From assembly GCA_963663035.1 (NCBI GenBank), contig OY760074.1, positions 3,360,001 through 3,424,000 on the forward strand: DNA of 64,000 nucleotides, given 5' to 3'. A model generated the notes under the pieces. That model had not been told where the DNA came from. It saw only the letters and a list, made by a program, of their open reading frames with translations, and searched no databases. Positions 28,310-37,876 of the stretch are shown in pieces. The translations under genes were made by a program, and so were the position numbers. This DNA comes from Acidobacteriota bacterium (GTDB lineage: Bacteria > Acidobacteriota > UBA6911 > RPQK01 > JADFOI01). Numbering within the stretch: position 1 is the stretch's first letter; every line of letters begins with the position of its first letter.

Positions 28310-30676
28310 ATGGACAAGTCAGAGAAGCAGGACAACAGCGGGAGGAAAGGGCGACCGGTCATCGGAACTTCGCCTCCCAGAATGGAAGCGGCAGCGAAGG
28401 TGTCGGGCAAGGCCCAATACACTGACGACCTGCCCTTTACTCACCTGCTTTACGGAGCCCTGGTGCGGAGCACCATTCCCCACGGCCGGCTGCGTCGCAT
28501 CGACAGTTCAGCAGTCGAGCAACTGCCGGGCATCGTTCGGGTCATTACCGGGGAGGACCTTCTCCCTCACCTGGCCGACCCCTACTATGGACCGGCCTTT
28601 CGAGACCGGCCCGTCCTCACCGCAGACAGGATCAGGCATGTGGGGGAGCCGCTGGCGGTGGTGGTGGCGGAAAGCTCCAGAATGGCCCGCCAGGGGGCCA
28701 GACAGGTCCAGGTAGACTACCAGGAGCTGCCCGCGGTCTTCGATGTAATGGAGGCGATCCGGCCCGATGCGCCCATCATCCATGACCGGATTCGACCCTC
28801 GGGCAGCTTCGCCGATCTCAAAAACCTCCTCCCACGTGAGCAAAGCAACATAGCTCTTCACTACAAGCTGCGTCATGGAAACATCGAAGAGGGTTTTGCC
28901 AGTGCGGATCGGATTTTCGAAGACGTCTTCAGCACTGCCCCCGTTGCGGCTATTCCCCTGGAACTTCTGGTCAGCGTCGCCAGTACCGAAGCCAGCGGCA
29001 AGGTGAACATCTGGAGCGCGACTCAATGCCCCCTCTTTGTGCGGAGCGAAGTCGCCCATGTCCTGGGCGTGCCGGAGGACCAGGTCCGGGTCCATGTCCC
29101 CAATCTGGGAGGAGGATTCGGCAACAAGATCTACGTGAAGCTGGAAATCCTGGCAGCGGTCCTGGCCGGCCTGCTGAGCCAGCCCGTGAAGTTGTCCCTG
29201 GAGCTGGATGAGCACGTCCACTTTGTGACCTCGCAGGCGGCCCCGGTCCTTTCTCTCCGTACTGGAGTCTCAAAGGAAGGCAGGATTCTAGCCCGAGAGT
29301 GCACGATTTTCTGGGACTGTGGTGCCTATGCCGAAATAGGACCTCGAATCGCACAGAAGTCAGCCTGCGTGGCGGCCGGCCCCTATGACATTCCCAACGT
29401 GCACATTGATTCGTCCCTTGTGTACACCAACAACATACCCGGAGAGGCCGTTCGTGGCTTTGGGGTCCCGGACGCAGTCTGGCCTGGTGAGGTCCAGATG
29501 GACATCATTGCCAGAGCCATGGGCTGGGATCCTCTCCAGTTTCGAAAACAGAACCTGCTGGTTGAAGGGAAGGTTCACGCCACCGGTCAGACCCTTGATT
29601 CAACTCCTCTTGAGAAGGTGCTGGACAGTCTGAGTGGACGGATCGGCTGGAGTGGATCAGGCAGCAGGCAGAGCCAAGGCCGCCCGGGAAGACGGCGGGG
29701 AAAAGGCGTGGCCCTCGGCTTAAAGCCGGTCCTGACCCCAACCGAGTCTTGCGCCCTGATCAGCATGGCGGCTGACGCAAGTGTCAAGCTGTACACCAGT
29801 ACTGTTGAGATGGGACAGGGAGCTCATACCTGCCTGCGCCAAATGGTGGCGGAGGCACTGGCTCTTCCCCAGGAGAAGGTTTCCGTCGTGGGGCCGGACA
29901 CCGATGTGACGCCATTTGATCAGCTTTCTGTTGGAAGTCGTTCCACCTTTCACATGGGCAACGCCGTGCTTCGAGCGGCGGAGGAGATCCGAAAACAGCT
30001 GATTTCCCATGTGAGCAGGGAATGGGGAGTTCCCGGTGAGGCCCTTGATTTGAGGGAGGGAAGGGTGATTCACCGAGAAGAGGACTCACGGGCGATTCCC
30101 TATAGCGAAGTGATCAGACAAATCGACCCCATGCCGGAGGGGAGTCTGATGGGGCGAGGATCTTATATCCCGGAATACACGAGTCCCGATCCAGAGACCG
30201 GTCAATCCGAGCGGGTGGCGGTTTTCTGGTTTGGCGGGGGAAGTGCGGTCGAGATCGAGGTCGATCCGGAAACGGGCAAGGTGAAAATCCTGAAGCTTGT
30301 CACCGTCGGTGAAGTGGGCAAGGCCATCAATCCGGTCAGTGTCCGCACTCAGCTGAGCGGTGCCGCCATCATGCGGCTCGGACACAGCTTGTTTGAGGCC
30401 TGTCGGTTCGATGGCGGACAGATGGTCAACAACACACTTTCCGACTACAAGGTTCCCACATTCCTAGATGTTCCGCAGGTCATGGAGACCGAGTATATTG
30501 AGTTGAAACATCCCGAGGGGCCCTTCGGGGCAAAGGGTGTCGGTGAAACGGGGACCTTTGCGCTTTCACCGGCCATTGCCAATGCCCTCTACGACGCTGT
30601 CGGTGTTTGGGTCAAGGATCTACCCCTGACCCCGGAGAAGGTACTCCGTGCCATTCGAGATTTGGAGGCCAAATGA
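28310..30676 (+). CDS. Xanthine dehydrogenase family molybdopterin-binding (large) subunit
   Basis: KVSGKAQYTDD, GGGFGNK, AVRGFG, EMGQG, GSRSTF, AKGVGE. Not a CO dehydrogenase motif. Confidence 0.93.
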   Translation: MDKSEKQDNSGRKGRPVIGTSPPRMEAAAKVSGKAQYTDDLPFTHLLYGALVRSTIPHGRLRRIDSSAVEQLPGIVRVITGEDLLPHLADPYYGPAFRDRPVLTADRIRHVGEPLAVVVAESSRMARQGARQVQVDYQELPAVFDVMEAIRPDAPIIHDRIRPSGSFADLKNLLPREQSNIALHYKLRHGNIEEGFASADRIFEDVFSTAPVAAIPLELLVSVASTEASGKVNIWSATQCPLFVRSEVAHVLGVPEDQVRVHVPNLGGGFGNKIYVKLEILAAVLAGLLSQPVKLSLELDEHVHFVTSQAAPVLSLRTGVSKEGRILARECTIFWDCGAYAEIGPRIAQKSACVAAGPYDIPNVHIDSSLVYTNNIPGEAVRGFGVPDAVWPGEVQMDIIARAMGWDPLQFRKQNLLVEGKVHATGQTLDSTPLEKVLDSLSGRIGWSGSGSRQSQGRPGRRRGKGVALGLKPVLTPTESCALISMAADASVKLYTSTVEMGQGAHTCLRQMVAEALALPQEKVSVVGPDTDVTPFDQLSVGSRSTFHMGNAVLRAAEEIRKQLISHVSREWGVPGEALDLREGRVIHREEDSRAIPYSEVIRQIDPMPEGSLMGRGSYIPEYTSPDPETGQSERVAVFWFGGGSAVEIEVDPETGKVKILKLVTVGEVGKAINPVSVRTQLSGAAIMRLGHSLFEACRFDGGQMVNNTLSDYKVPTFLDVPQVMETEYIELKHPEGPFGAKGVGETGTFALSPAIANALYDAVGVWVKDLPLTPEKVLRAIRDLEAK

Positions 30677-32331
30677 AAAGGACTTACGAACTTATGAACC
30701 CGGTTGAGTTGAGGAGCGGCCGTTTCCAGGGGTTGGCCCCCGGCCTAGACACCCTGAGCGGGAAGACGGTGGGGATCCTGAGCAACCAGAAGATTAACGC
30801 TGACACGGTGCTGGACCGACTGGCCGCTGAACTGGGCAAACGCTATGGGCTGGGCAAGGTGCTCAAGCGCGCCAAGAGAATTCAGTCCCAGGAAGCTCCC
30901 GATCAGACCCTCAATGAGCTGGCCGAGCAGGCCGACTTCGTGATCAGCGGAGTCGGTGACTGAGGATCCTGCTCGTCATGGTGTACCCATGACTCAATTG
31001 AGCTGGAACAGCGGGGCATTCCCACCATCTCCGTCTTCACCTCCGCCTTCGCCTCCCTGGCAAAGACCGCGGCCAGCACCTGGGGGATCGAAAAGTTCCA
31101 CCTGGTGACGGTTCCTCATCCTCTGGAGTCCATGGGGGAGGAGGAGATTGGCAGGGCCGTGGAGGCGGTGGTCGAGGCGGCGGGCAGCGGTCTCATCGGG
31201 GACCGTGGCGCCTCCAATGACCCGCTCCCCCAGCCTGGTGAGCAGAAGAAAGAGCTGGAGAGAATCCTGCACTTCCAGGGGTCAGAAGAGGAGTTGTATG
31301 AGTGGTTTCTGACCCAGGGCTGGACGGACGGTCTGCCCGTCATTCCGCCGACGCCGGAAAGAGTGGAAGCCATGTTGAGCGGAATAGCACGCAGGCCGGA
31401 AGAAGTGCTCCGTCTCATCCCTCCGCGTTGGGCCGAATTGACCATGGAAAAGCTGGCGGCCAACGCCGTGATGGCCGGCTGCACTCCGGAACATATGCCT
31501 GTCCTGATTGCCGCCATTGAGGGGCTTTGCTCGCCCCCCTTCAACCTCTTTGGCATCCAGGCCACCACCAATCCAGCAGGTCCCATGCTGGTCGTCAACG
31601 GACCTGTGGCGGATCGAGTGGGAATACAAAAGGGGGTGGGAGCGCTGGGGTCTGTCTGGAGGGCCAACGTGACCATTGGAAGAGCCATACGGCTGGCTTT
31701 GATAAACGTGGGAGGTGGTCTGCCCGGCGACACGGATCGGGCCACCCACGGCATGCCGGGCAAGCTTTCTTTCTGCTTTGCTGAAAACGAAGAAGAGAGT
31801 CCCTGGGAACCTCTCCACGTGGAGAAGGGACTGTCTCGGCAGGCAAGCGCGGTGACGGTGTTCTCTGCTTCCGGTACTCTCAACCTCCTGGACCAGGGAA
31901 GCCTGACGGGGGAGGGGTTACTGAAAACCTTTGCCAGCGCCCTGCAGGTCACCGGAACCAACAACATTCTTTTGGGTGGTGAGCCTGTGCTCATCATCTG
32001 TCCCGAGCATGCCAGTACCTTGAGTGAAGGTGGATTCGACAAGACAAAAATCAGGGAGTGGTTGTTTGACAACGCCCGTGTGCCCTTGAAGGAGTTCTCG
32101 CAGGACAATGTCAGGAACGTTTTGAGGAAACGGCGACCTCACCTTTTTGAACAAGGTGATCCCCAGACGGTTTCACTCGTCGATCGAATGGAAGACCTGG
32201 TCATCGTCGTCGTGGGCGGACCCGGGAAACATTCGGTTTTTGTGCCGACCTTTGGAGCAAGCCACAGTGTGACCACCCCCATCGAGGAGGCTGCTCCAGA
32301 ATCAAAGGAGGCAGACAAAGGCAAGGAATAG
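30673..32331 (+). CDS. Probable selenoprotein: UGSC-family thioredoxin-like N-terminal domain (Sec97) fused to a GWTDGLP-type domain, 552 aa
   Basis: ATG 30673 overlaps the upstream stop. In-frame TGA at 30961-30963 in ISGVGD-U-GSCSSWCTHD. The frame stays open into the 31105..32331 ORF, and a SECIS-like hairpin starts 11 nt after the UGA. Confidence 0.85.
30961..30993 (+). other. Bacterial SECIS-like element
   Basis: UGA, 11-nt spacer, 7-bp stem GTCATGG/CCATGAC (30975-30981/30987-30993), loop UGUAC containing GU. Confidence 0.75.
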
Positions 32332-32342
32332 GTGTTGCTCGC

Positions 32343-32852
32343 ATGCCCTTGGAGATAACTTTCAAACTCAACGGCAAACCGGTTTCGACAACGGTGACCC
32401 CCAGTCAGAGCGCGGCCGACGTTCTCCGCGAGCAGTTTCAACTCAGCAGCGTCCGTCAGTGCTGCAAACAGGGGATCTGCGGAGTGTGCACAATCTGGCT
32501 TGGCAAAAAAGCGGTAAGCTCCTGCTTGTTGCTCTCACCTCTTCTGGACGGTCAGGAGGTATTCACCGTGGAGGGTATTTCCCAAGATGTTGCCGGACTC
32601 GATCCCTTGCAGCAGGCCTTTGTGGCCGAGGACGCACTGCAGTGCGGTTTCTGTACTCCAGGAATGGTCATGATGGCGGGGGCACTGCTGAGAGACCATC
32701 CGGAAGCGGACGAAAGTCTGATTCGGGAATACATGGTGGGGAATATTTGCCGCTGCGGCTGCTACCCTGAGATTATTCGCGCCATACAGCGCGCCTTGGG
32801 GGATGATCTGAAAGGGAAGAAACAGCACGAATTTTCGGAGGGGGTGACATGA
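32343..32852 (+). CDS. Xanthine dehydrogenase family 2Fe-2S (small) subunit
   Basis: CxxGxCGxC, SSC, QCGFCTPG, GNICRCG. Confidence 0.93.
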   Translation: MPLEITFKLNGKPVSTTVTPSQSAADVLREQFQLSSVRQCCKQGICGVCTIWLGKKAVSSCLLLSPLLDGQEVFTVEGISQDVAGLDPLQQAFVAEDALQCGFCTPGMVMMAGALLRDHPEADESLIREYMVGNICRCGCYPEIIRAIQRALGDDLKGKKQHEFSEGVT

Positions 32853-33340
32853 AGACAGTTCCGGAGCTTGTGGAAGTGACCAGAAAAGTGATCGCCCAGC
32901 GGGCCGGTGCCCAGGGGCAGGGCCAGGGAACACTGCGCGCAGATGTTCAACATCGCCAACAGAAGACTCTTGAGGCAACCGTCAAGGCCGGGGGTGGAGA
33001 ATTCACGTTCCTCATTGATGAACCCCGGGCCCGGGGGGGTCTGGGGGAGGGGGCTAACCCTCTTGGGTATTTTCTGGCAGGTGCCGGTGGCTGTCTTCTG
33101 ATGCAGTATGTGAGCCTGGCCATTGCCCAGGATCTGCCCATCCAGACCTTGTCGATGATCGTGCGGGCGCACATCCTCCGGCAAGTTCCCTGTCACTTTC
33201 AGGACATCGTGTATGACATATTCATAGTCGGTTCCGTCTCCCAGGAGCAGGTCGAGCAGCTGGCCGAGGAGGCCATCCCGGTCGAAACCATCATCCACCT
33301 CAACGGCAAAATCGTCCTGAATCGAAAGAAAGCTCCCTAG
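32849..33340 (+). CDS. OsmC/Ohr-like protein, second Cys missing
   Basis: DEP..GG.G.G.NP..YFLAG.GGC. The usual C-terminal Cys segment is absent (EQLAEEA-IPVET). Confidence 0.75.
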   Translation: MKTVPELVEVTRKVIAQRAGAQGQGQGTLRADVQHRQQKTLEATVKAGGGEFTFLIDEPRARGGLGEGANPLGYFLAGAGGCLLMQYVSLAIAQDLPIQTLSMIVRAHILRQVPCHFQDIVYDIFIVGSVSQEQVEQLAEEAIPVETIIHLNGKIVLNRKKAP

Positions 33341-33387
33341 AGCTGACCCCGGAAATGTTCGTGCTAAGATATTCTTGACAAAACCAA

Positions 33388-34272
33388 GTGGTGCATCCGA
33401 GAAAAGTCTTCAAACAATTGCTCCAGAGTGAAAGACTCCTGGTCGTGCCGGGGTGTTTCGATGGTCTTTCCGCACGCCTTGTGGAGGAAGCCGGATTCGA
33501 AGCCGCTTACTTGAGCGGTGGTGCAGTGGCCCGCAGCCTGGCGCTGCCCGACATCGGTCTGGTGACCCTGTCCGAGAATGTCCAGAGAGCCGCCCAGGTC
33601 GCAGCGGCTGTCAAAATACCCATTGTTGGAGATGCGGATACCGGCTATGGCAACGCTGTCAATTTGGTGAGGGCGGTACAGGAGTTTGAACGGACCGGTG
33701 TGGCCGCAATTCACATCGAAGACCAGATCACACCCAAGCGCTGTGGGCATCTGGAGGGAAAAGAGGTGATTTCGCTTGCCGAGATGGAGAAGAAGCTGGA
33801 GGCGGCTCTGGTGAGCCGGACGGACCCCGACTTCGCGATCATCGCACGCACGGATGCGCGCGCCGTACATGGGTTGGAAGAGGCCATTCGAAGGGGACGA
33901 GCCTTCGCGCGGATGGGAGTTGACGCGGTCTTTGTCGAGGCGCCTCAGTCCGAGGCCGAGCTGGTGACGATCGCTACTTCCCTGTCTGATGTGCCGCTCA
34001 TGGTCAACATGTTCAAGGGAGGAAAGACTCCCCTCCTACCGGTTTCGAAATTGGAGCAGATGGGATATCGACTTGCCATCTTTCCCTCCGAGACCCAAAG
34101 AGCGGCCATTCATGCCATGCGCAAGGCCCTGCAGCATCTCAGGGAGCAGGGAGCTACCGAGGCCATGGATCATGAGCTCACGACCTTCCAGGAGAGAGAC
34201 AGGATCGTTGGCCTGGATGACTGGCAGGAACTGGAGCAGCGGTTTCTGGTGCCGAAGCCAAAAAAGGCCTGA
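33388..34272 (+). CDS. Isocitrate lyase / PEP mutase family enzyme (methylisocitrate or dimethylmalate lyase-like)
   Basis: AGFEAAYLSG, DADTGYG, IEDQ..PKRCGH, IIARTDA, FVEA, GGKTP. Confidence 0.92.
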   Translation: MVHPRKVFKQLLQSERLLVVPGCFDGLSARLVEEAGFEAAYLSGGAVARSLALPDIGLVTLSENVQRAAQVAAAVKIPIVGDADTGYGNAVNLVRAVQEFERTGVAAIHIEDQITPKRCGHLEGKEVISLAEMEKKLEAALVSRTDPDFAIIARTDARAVHGLEEAIRRGRAFARMGVDAVFVEAPQSEAELVTIATSLSDVPLMVNMFKGGKTPLLPVSKLEQMGYRLAIFPSETQRAAIHAMRKALQHLREQGATEAMDHELTTFQERDRIVGLDDWQELEQRFLVPKPKKA

Positions 34273-34305
34273 GCCGGGCTAGCCGAGGCTATGTATAGGT
34301 TTTCG

Positions 34306-34347
34306 TTAAAAGAGCTTCGACCAATTTTCCTTGAGTTTCTCTCTCTT
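34306..34347 (-). pseudogene. Isolated 3' remnant of a ubiD-family gene (KREKLKENWSKLF-stop)
   Basis: About 40 nt with 4 mismatches to the 3' end of the ubiD pseudogene at 35766-35805. Confidence 0.7.
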
Positions 34348-34542
34348 AATCGGCTACTTTGCGAAATCGCTGACTTGCTGACCTAAGGATATTTTTTTTG
34401 CCTTTGACCCCCTCAGCGCGTAGCATTGACCTCAGCTACATTGCACAGTGAGGGGCAGGTCCGTGCTCGGTACGACCATTGAGCCGCATCCAATTTTTTG
34501 TATGCGATTTGAAACCAGGCTGCAGTGAAGAAAGGGGGGTCC

Positions 34543-35748
34543 ATGACGACCACGCGAAGAGAACTTCTCCTGACCTCGGGAGCCCTGGCAGGAGCGTCGA
34601 TGCTTCCAGTGGGGGCAGCACCCGCGGCGCAGTCAACCACTAATCTCCAGAGTGCCCAGCAATTGGCCGATGACGTAGGCAATGCCCTGAATGTCTGGGA
34701 TTTCAAGGGCATTGCGGAAAAACGCCTACCCTACTCATCCTGGTCTCAAATCAGAGGGGCTGCAGCCGATGAGCTCACCTTCAGATGGAACCGGGAGTCC
34801 TTTGACCGGATTCGCCTGCGGCCCGATGTCCTGGTGGATCACACAGGTTTGGACACCCGTACGCGCCTGTTTGGACAGGAAATGCCGTTTCCTATCTTGA
34901 TATGCCCAACCGGCGCAAGCCGGAACTGTCATCCTGACGCGGAAGTCGCCACGGCCCGCGGTGCCGGTATGGCTGGAGCTACCATGGCGATCAGCAGCAA
35001 TGCCAGCAAGACGGTGGAGGAGATCGCCGCGGCAGCCACCAGCCCCCTCTGGTTTCAGGTCTACATGCTGAGGGATCGTTCCTTTCTCCGCGATCAGGTC
35101 CAGCGGGTGGAGGACGCAGGCTGCAAGGCCCTCTGTTTGGTCCTGGACAGCCCTATCCAGGGTCCTCGCAACCGGGCCCGGCGGGCCTCTCAGACCGGGA
35201 CTCCCTCCAGCGGCGGCTCCGGTCGTCCCAACCTCCAGGGCCAGAGGTTAGCCGAGCAGTTGGAACACCCGAGATTGCACCGGTACAAGGATCCCTCCGC
35301 CACTTGGAAGGACCTCAATTGGCTCTGCTCCATCGCCCGTGTTCCCGTTCTGATGAAGGGTGTGCTCGATCACCAAAACGCGGAACAGGGAATACAAGAA
35401 GGAGTGGGCGGCATTATTGTCTCCAATCATGGGGGTCGCAACCTGGACACCGCTCCGGCCACCGTCGATGCGTTGCCTGAAATCGTTGACCGGGTGGACG
35501 GTCGAGTACCGGTTCTGATCGATGGTGGCATCCGCCGCGGCACTGACGTCTTGAAGGCCCTGGCTCTGGGTGCCAACGCTGTCATGATTGGACGAGCCTA
35601 CCTTTACGGGTTAGCTGCCAACGGTCCTGAAGGGGTGAGCCGCGTACTTGAGATTCTGCAGACGGAGTTGGAGATGGCCATGGTTCTTACCGGCCGTCCC
35701 ACCATTGCCAGTATCGACCGAAGTGTGCTCTGGTCTCCCCCGGCATAA
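34543..35748 (+). CDS. FMN-dependent alpha-hydroxy-acid oxidase/dehydrogenase with twin-arginine leader
   Basis: TRRELL leader, RLRP.VL, LWFQVY, KG, VSNHGGRNLD, DGGIRRGTDVLKALALGA. Confidence 0.92.
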   Translation: MTTTRRELLLTSGALAGASMLPVGAAPAAQSTTNLQSAQQLADDVGNALNVWDFKGIAEKRLPYSSWSQIRGAAADELTFRWNRESFDRIRLRPDVLVDHTGLDTRTRLFGQEMPFPILICPTGASRNCHPDAEVATARGAGMAGATMAISSNASKTVEEIAAAATSPLWFQVYMLRDRSFLRDQVQRVEDAGCKALCLVLDSPIQGPRNRARRASQTGTPSSGGSGRPNLQGQRLAEQLEHPRLHRYKDPSATWKDLNWLCSIARVPVLMKGVLDHQNAEQGIQEGVGGIIVSNHGGRNLDTAPATVDALPEIVDRVDGRVPVLIDGGIRRGTDVLKALALGANAVMIGRAYLYGLAANGPEGVSRVLEILQTELEMAMVLTGRPTIASIDRSVLWSPPA

Positions 35749-35765
35749 GCCGGGCTAGGATGTCG

Positions 35766-37206
35766 CTAAAACAGCTTCGACCACTTTTCCTTGAGTTTCT
35801 TTCTCAGCTCAGGGGTAACCTTTGATGGTACTGAAAACTCTTTGATCCAGTAGAAAGGCTTGCAGGCATCGATAATGGCCAGCGAGTGCTCGAATTGCCC
35901 ACGCTTTCTTTGCTCAGGAGGCAGCAGGACGTCGGGACCTGGGCCAGCCCACCAGCCTCTAATAATATCGATGGACTCCACTGGATCGCACCTAGTTCCC
36001 AAAGCCCAAAGAACGTCTGAGATATTGGTTGGGTCTACGTCTTCGTCTACCACGATGACATATCTCAGCATGTAAGCAACGGCATTGCAGCTGGCGGCCG
36101 CCAGTGCCGTCTGCTTGGCATGCCCTCCATACATCTGCTTGATAGAGACCACTGCCATGTGGCGAAGTCCGGCCTCACCAATAAGCCAGGTGCCCTGAAC
36201 ACCGGGTACCTGCTTATCCAGTTCATCCCATAGGACTGCTGACATATGGATGTCTCGGCCCAGTGTCCACAGAGACGGGTGAACTGCGGGCGGATTTCCC
36301 AAGATTATGGGATCGTTACGGTATAACATGGACTTGACCTTGAAGACAGGCATATCTTCCCCTGGGTCAATATAATAACCAGCCCAGTCACCAAACAAAG
36401 GTACCGGCCTTGGCGGTTCTACCTCTGGTCTTAGAATTTCCCCTTCCAGTACGATCTCAGCGGCGGCTGGCAGGGGTAGATCGGTGGTTTCACCTCTGGT
36501 CACCTCCACGGGGGCGCCCCTATACCATCCCGCATAGTCGTATTCAGATGTCCCCCAGGGGACGTTCAGGCCAGCTGCCATTTGAAGTCCTGGTTCCTGG
36601 CCGCAGGAGACGGCCACTGGACAGTTCTGCCCCCTGGAAAAATTTGTTCATGATGATCCGGTTGTGCCTGCCAGGCGACATAAAGACCGCGGATGTTGTC
36701 TTGTCAAAGATTGGAACCATCTGAGCGGCAATGTTCACCCAACCCTCGTCCGGGTCTCTCGTTAGCACGAGGTCACCGGTACCAATATATCGGCCTGTGT
36801 CACCTTCGCGCCATCTCGGTGCCGGCAACTTGAACAGGTCTACTTCATCACCAACCAGTATATTTTCCTTGAGCGGGCCGCTCTCAACCTCCACAGGAGG
36901 CACCAGCTTGACTCCCTGCTTGAGCTTACTTCGCATCGTCTTGACCTGGTCTGCCTTGCTCGCCTCCAAGGGCAAGTCCAAACCGAGAGCAGTACGTCTG
37001 GACGAGGCGAAAGGGTTGCTGGCCACACGATATCCCGGTGGGTAATCCTTGATGTTGTCAAACATCAGCAATGGAGAGTCAGGAGTTTCCGCCTTCAAAT
37101 CCGAAAGGGCTCCCAGTTCCACATCCCAGTGGGCTCCGTCAATCACTTCCACCTCTCCCAATTCCTCAGCTTTTTCTATGAATTCCCTGAGATCATTAAA
37201 GGGCAT
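35766..37206 (-). pseudogene. UbiD family decarboxylase, frameshifted and degenerate
   Basis: The N-half starts MPFNDLREF at 37206. A frameshift falls in the homopolymers at ~36630-36642. The EGPFGE motif has decayed to VPLFGD and NxGxYR to NIAAQM. Confidence 0.8.
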
Positions 37207-37399
37207 CTTGTCCTCCTCTGGGTAGTTGCACGTTACTCTGTTTTGAGTGCCACGGTGGACCACAAGACTGAGTTAATCAGAGCAGAGGGTAGATGGCTAC
37301 GCAACTTTTTTTCTCTCTTTTTCGGTTTGAGACAGGATTTCACACACCTTTGCCGTGGGCAGCGCAGCCCCGGGGTGGGGGAATTCGCTTCTTGGATCT

Positions 37400-37770
37400 A
37401 ATCCAAATTTTTGGATTGCCTTGGTGTTATGGACTAAGTGATTTAAAAACAACCAGTTAACGAATCTCTTACCCGCTAGGATCAGCCAGCCAATCCAAAT
37501 TTTTGAATTTTGAGGTACCGCTCGGTTGGCTGTCGGTTAAAAGTTCTCCTTTAAAATCAATAGGTTGAACGAAATATGCCGTTGGTGGAACGTGTTTTGC
37601 TTGCATTAACCTAAATTTCACGATATATCCACGTGAAATTGGGAGAGAGCAAATTTCTTGAAATTGCGGGAGTGGAGAGGGTCCAGCGCAGATGCCGATC
37701 GTCAGCCTGAGTCCACTTCTGACTGCGGCTTGAAAACTTTGCTTGACAAGTTGCGAAACCTCGATGTAAT
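37400..37770 (+). promoter_or_regulatory. Promoter module of TBDR4: two dyad sites, IHF site, sigma54 box, sigma70 promoter
   Basis: AATCCAAATTTTTGGATT 37400-37417, AATCCAAATTTTTGAATT 37492-37509, IHF consensus AATCAA-TAGG-TTG 37555-37567, TGGAAC-N5-TTGCT 37586-37601, TTGACA-N16-TGTAAT 37743-37770. Confidence 0.75.
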
Positions 37771-37876
37771 CTCAAGAAAAACCAGAACACTTAAGATTTT
37801 ATTCGGGATCCGAACATACCTGTAAAAGTCTATACATCAATCGTGTGAGAGAAATCTCAAGAAGGGGGACAAAACG

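Noticed and set aside
3-32852. Calling either Mo subunit a CO dehydrogenase (coxL) because of coxG/M/S-like neighbours
   Set aside because: The active-site loops read PNRGIG and AVRGFG, not AYxCSFR or AYxGAGR.
34306-35805. Duplicated ubiD 3' end as a diversity-generating retroelement template/variable pair
   Set aside because: Only ~40 nt long, mismatches are not adenine-specific, and no reverse transcriptase is in the window.
36630-36645. Programmed frameshift in the ubiD gene at AAATTTTTC
   Set aside because: Catalytic motifs elsewhere in the gene are also decayed, so a pseudogene or homopolymer error is simpler.
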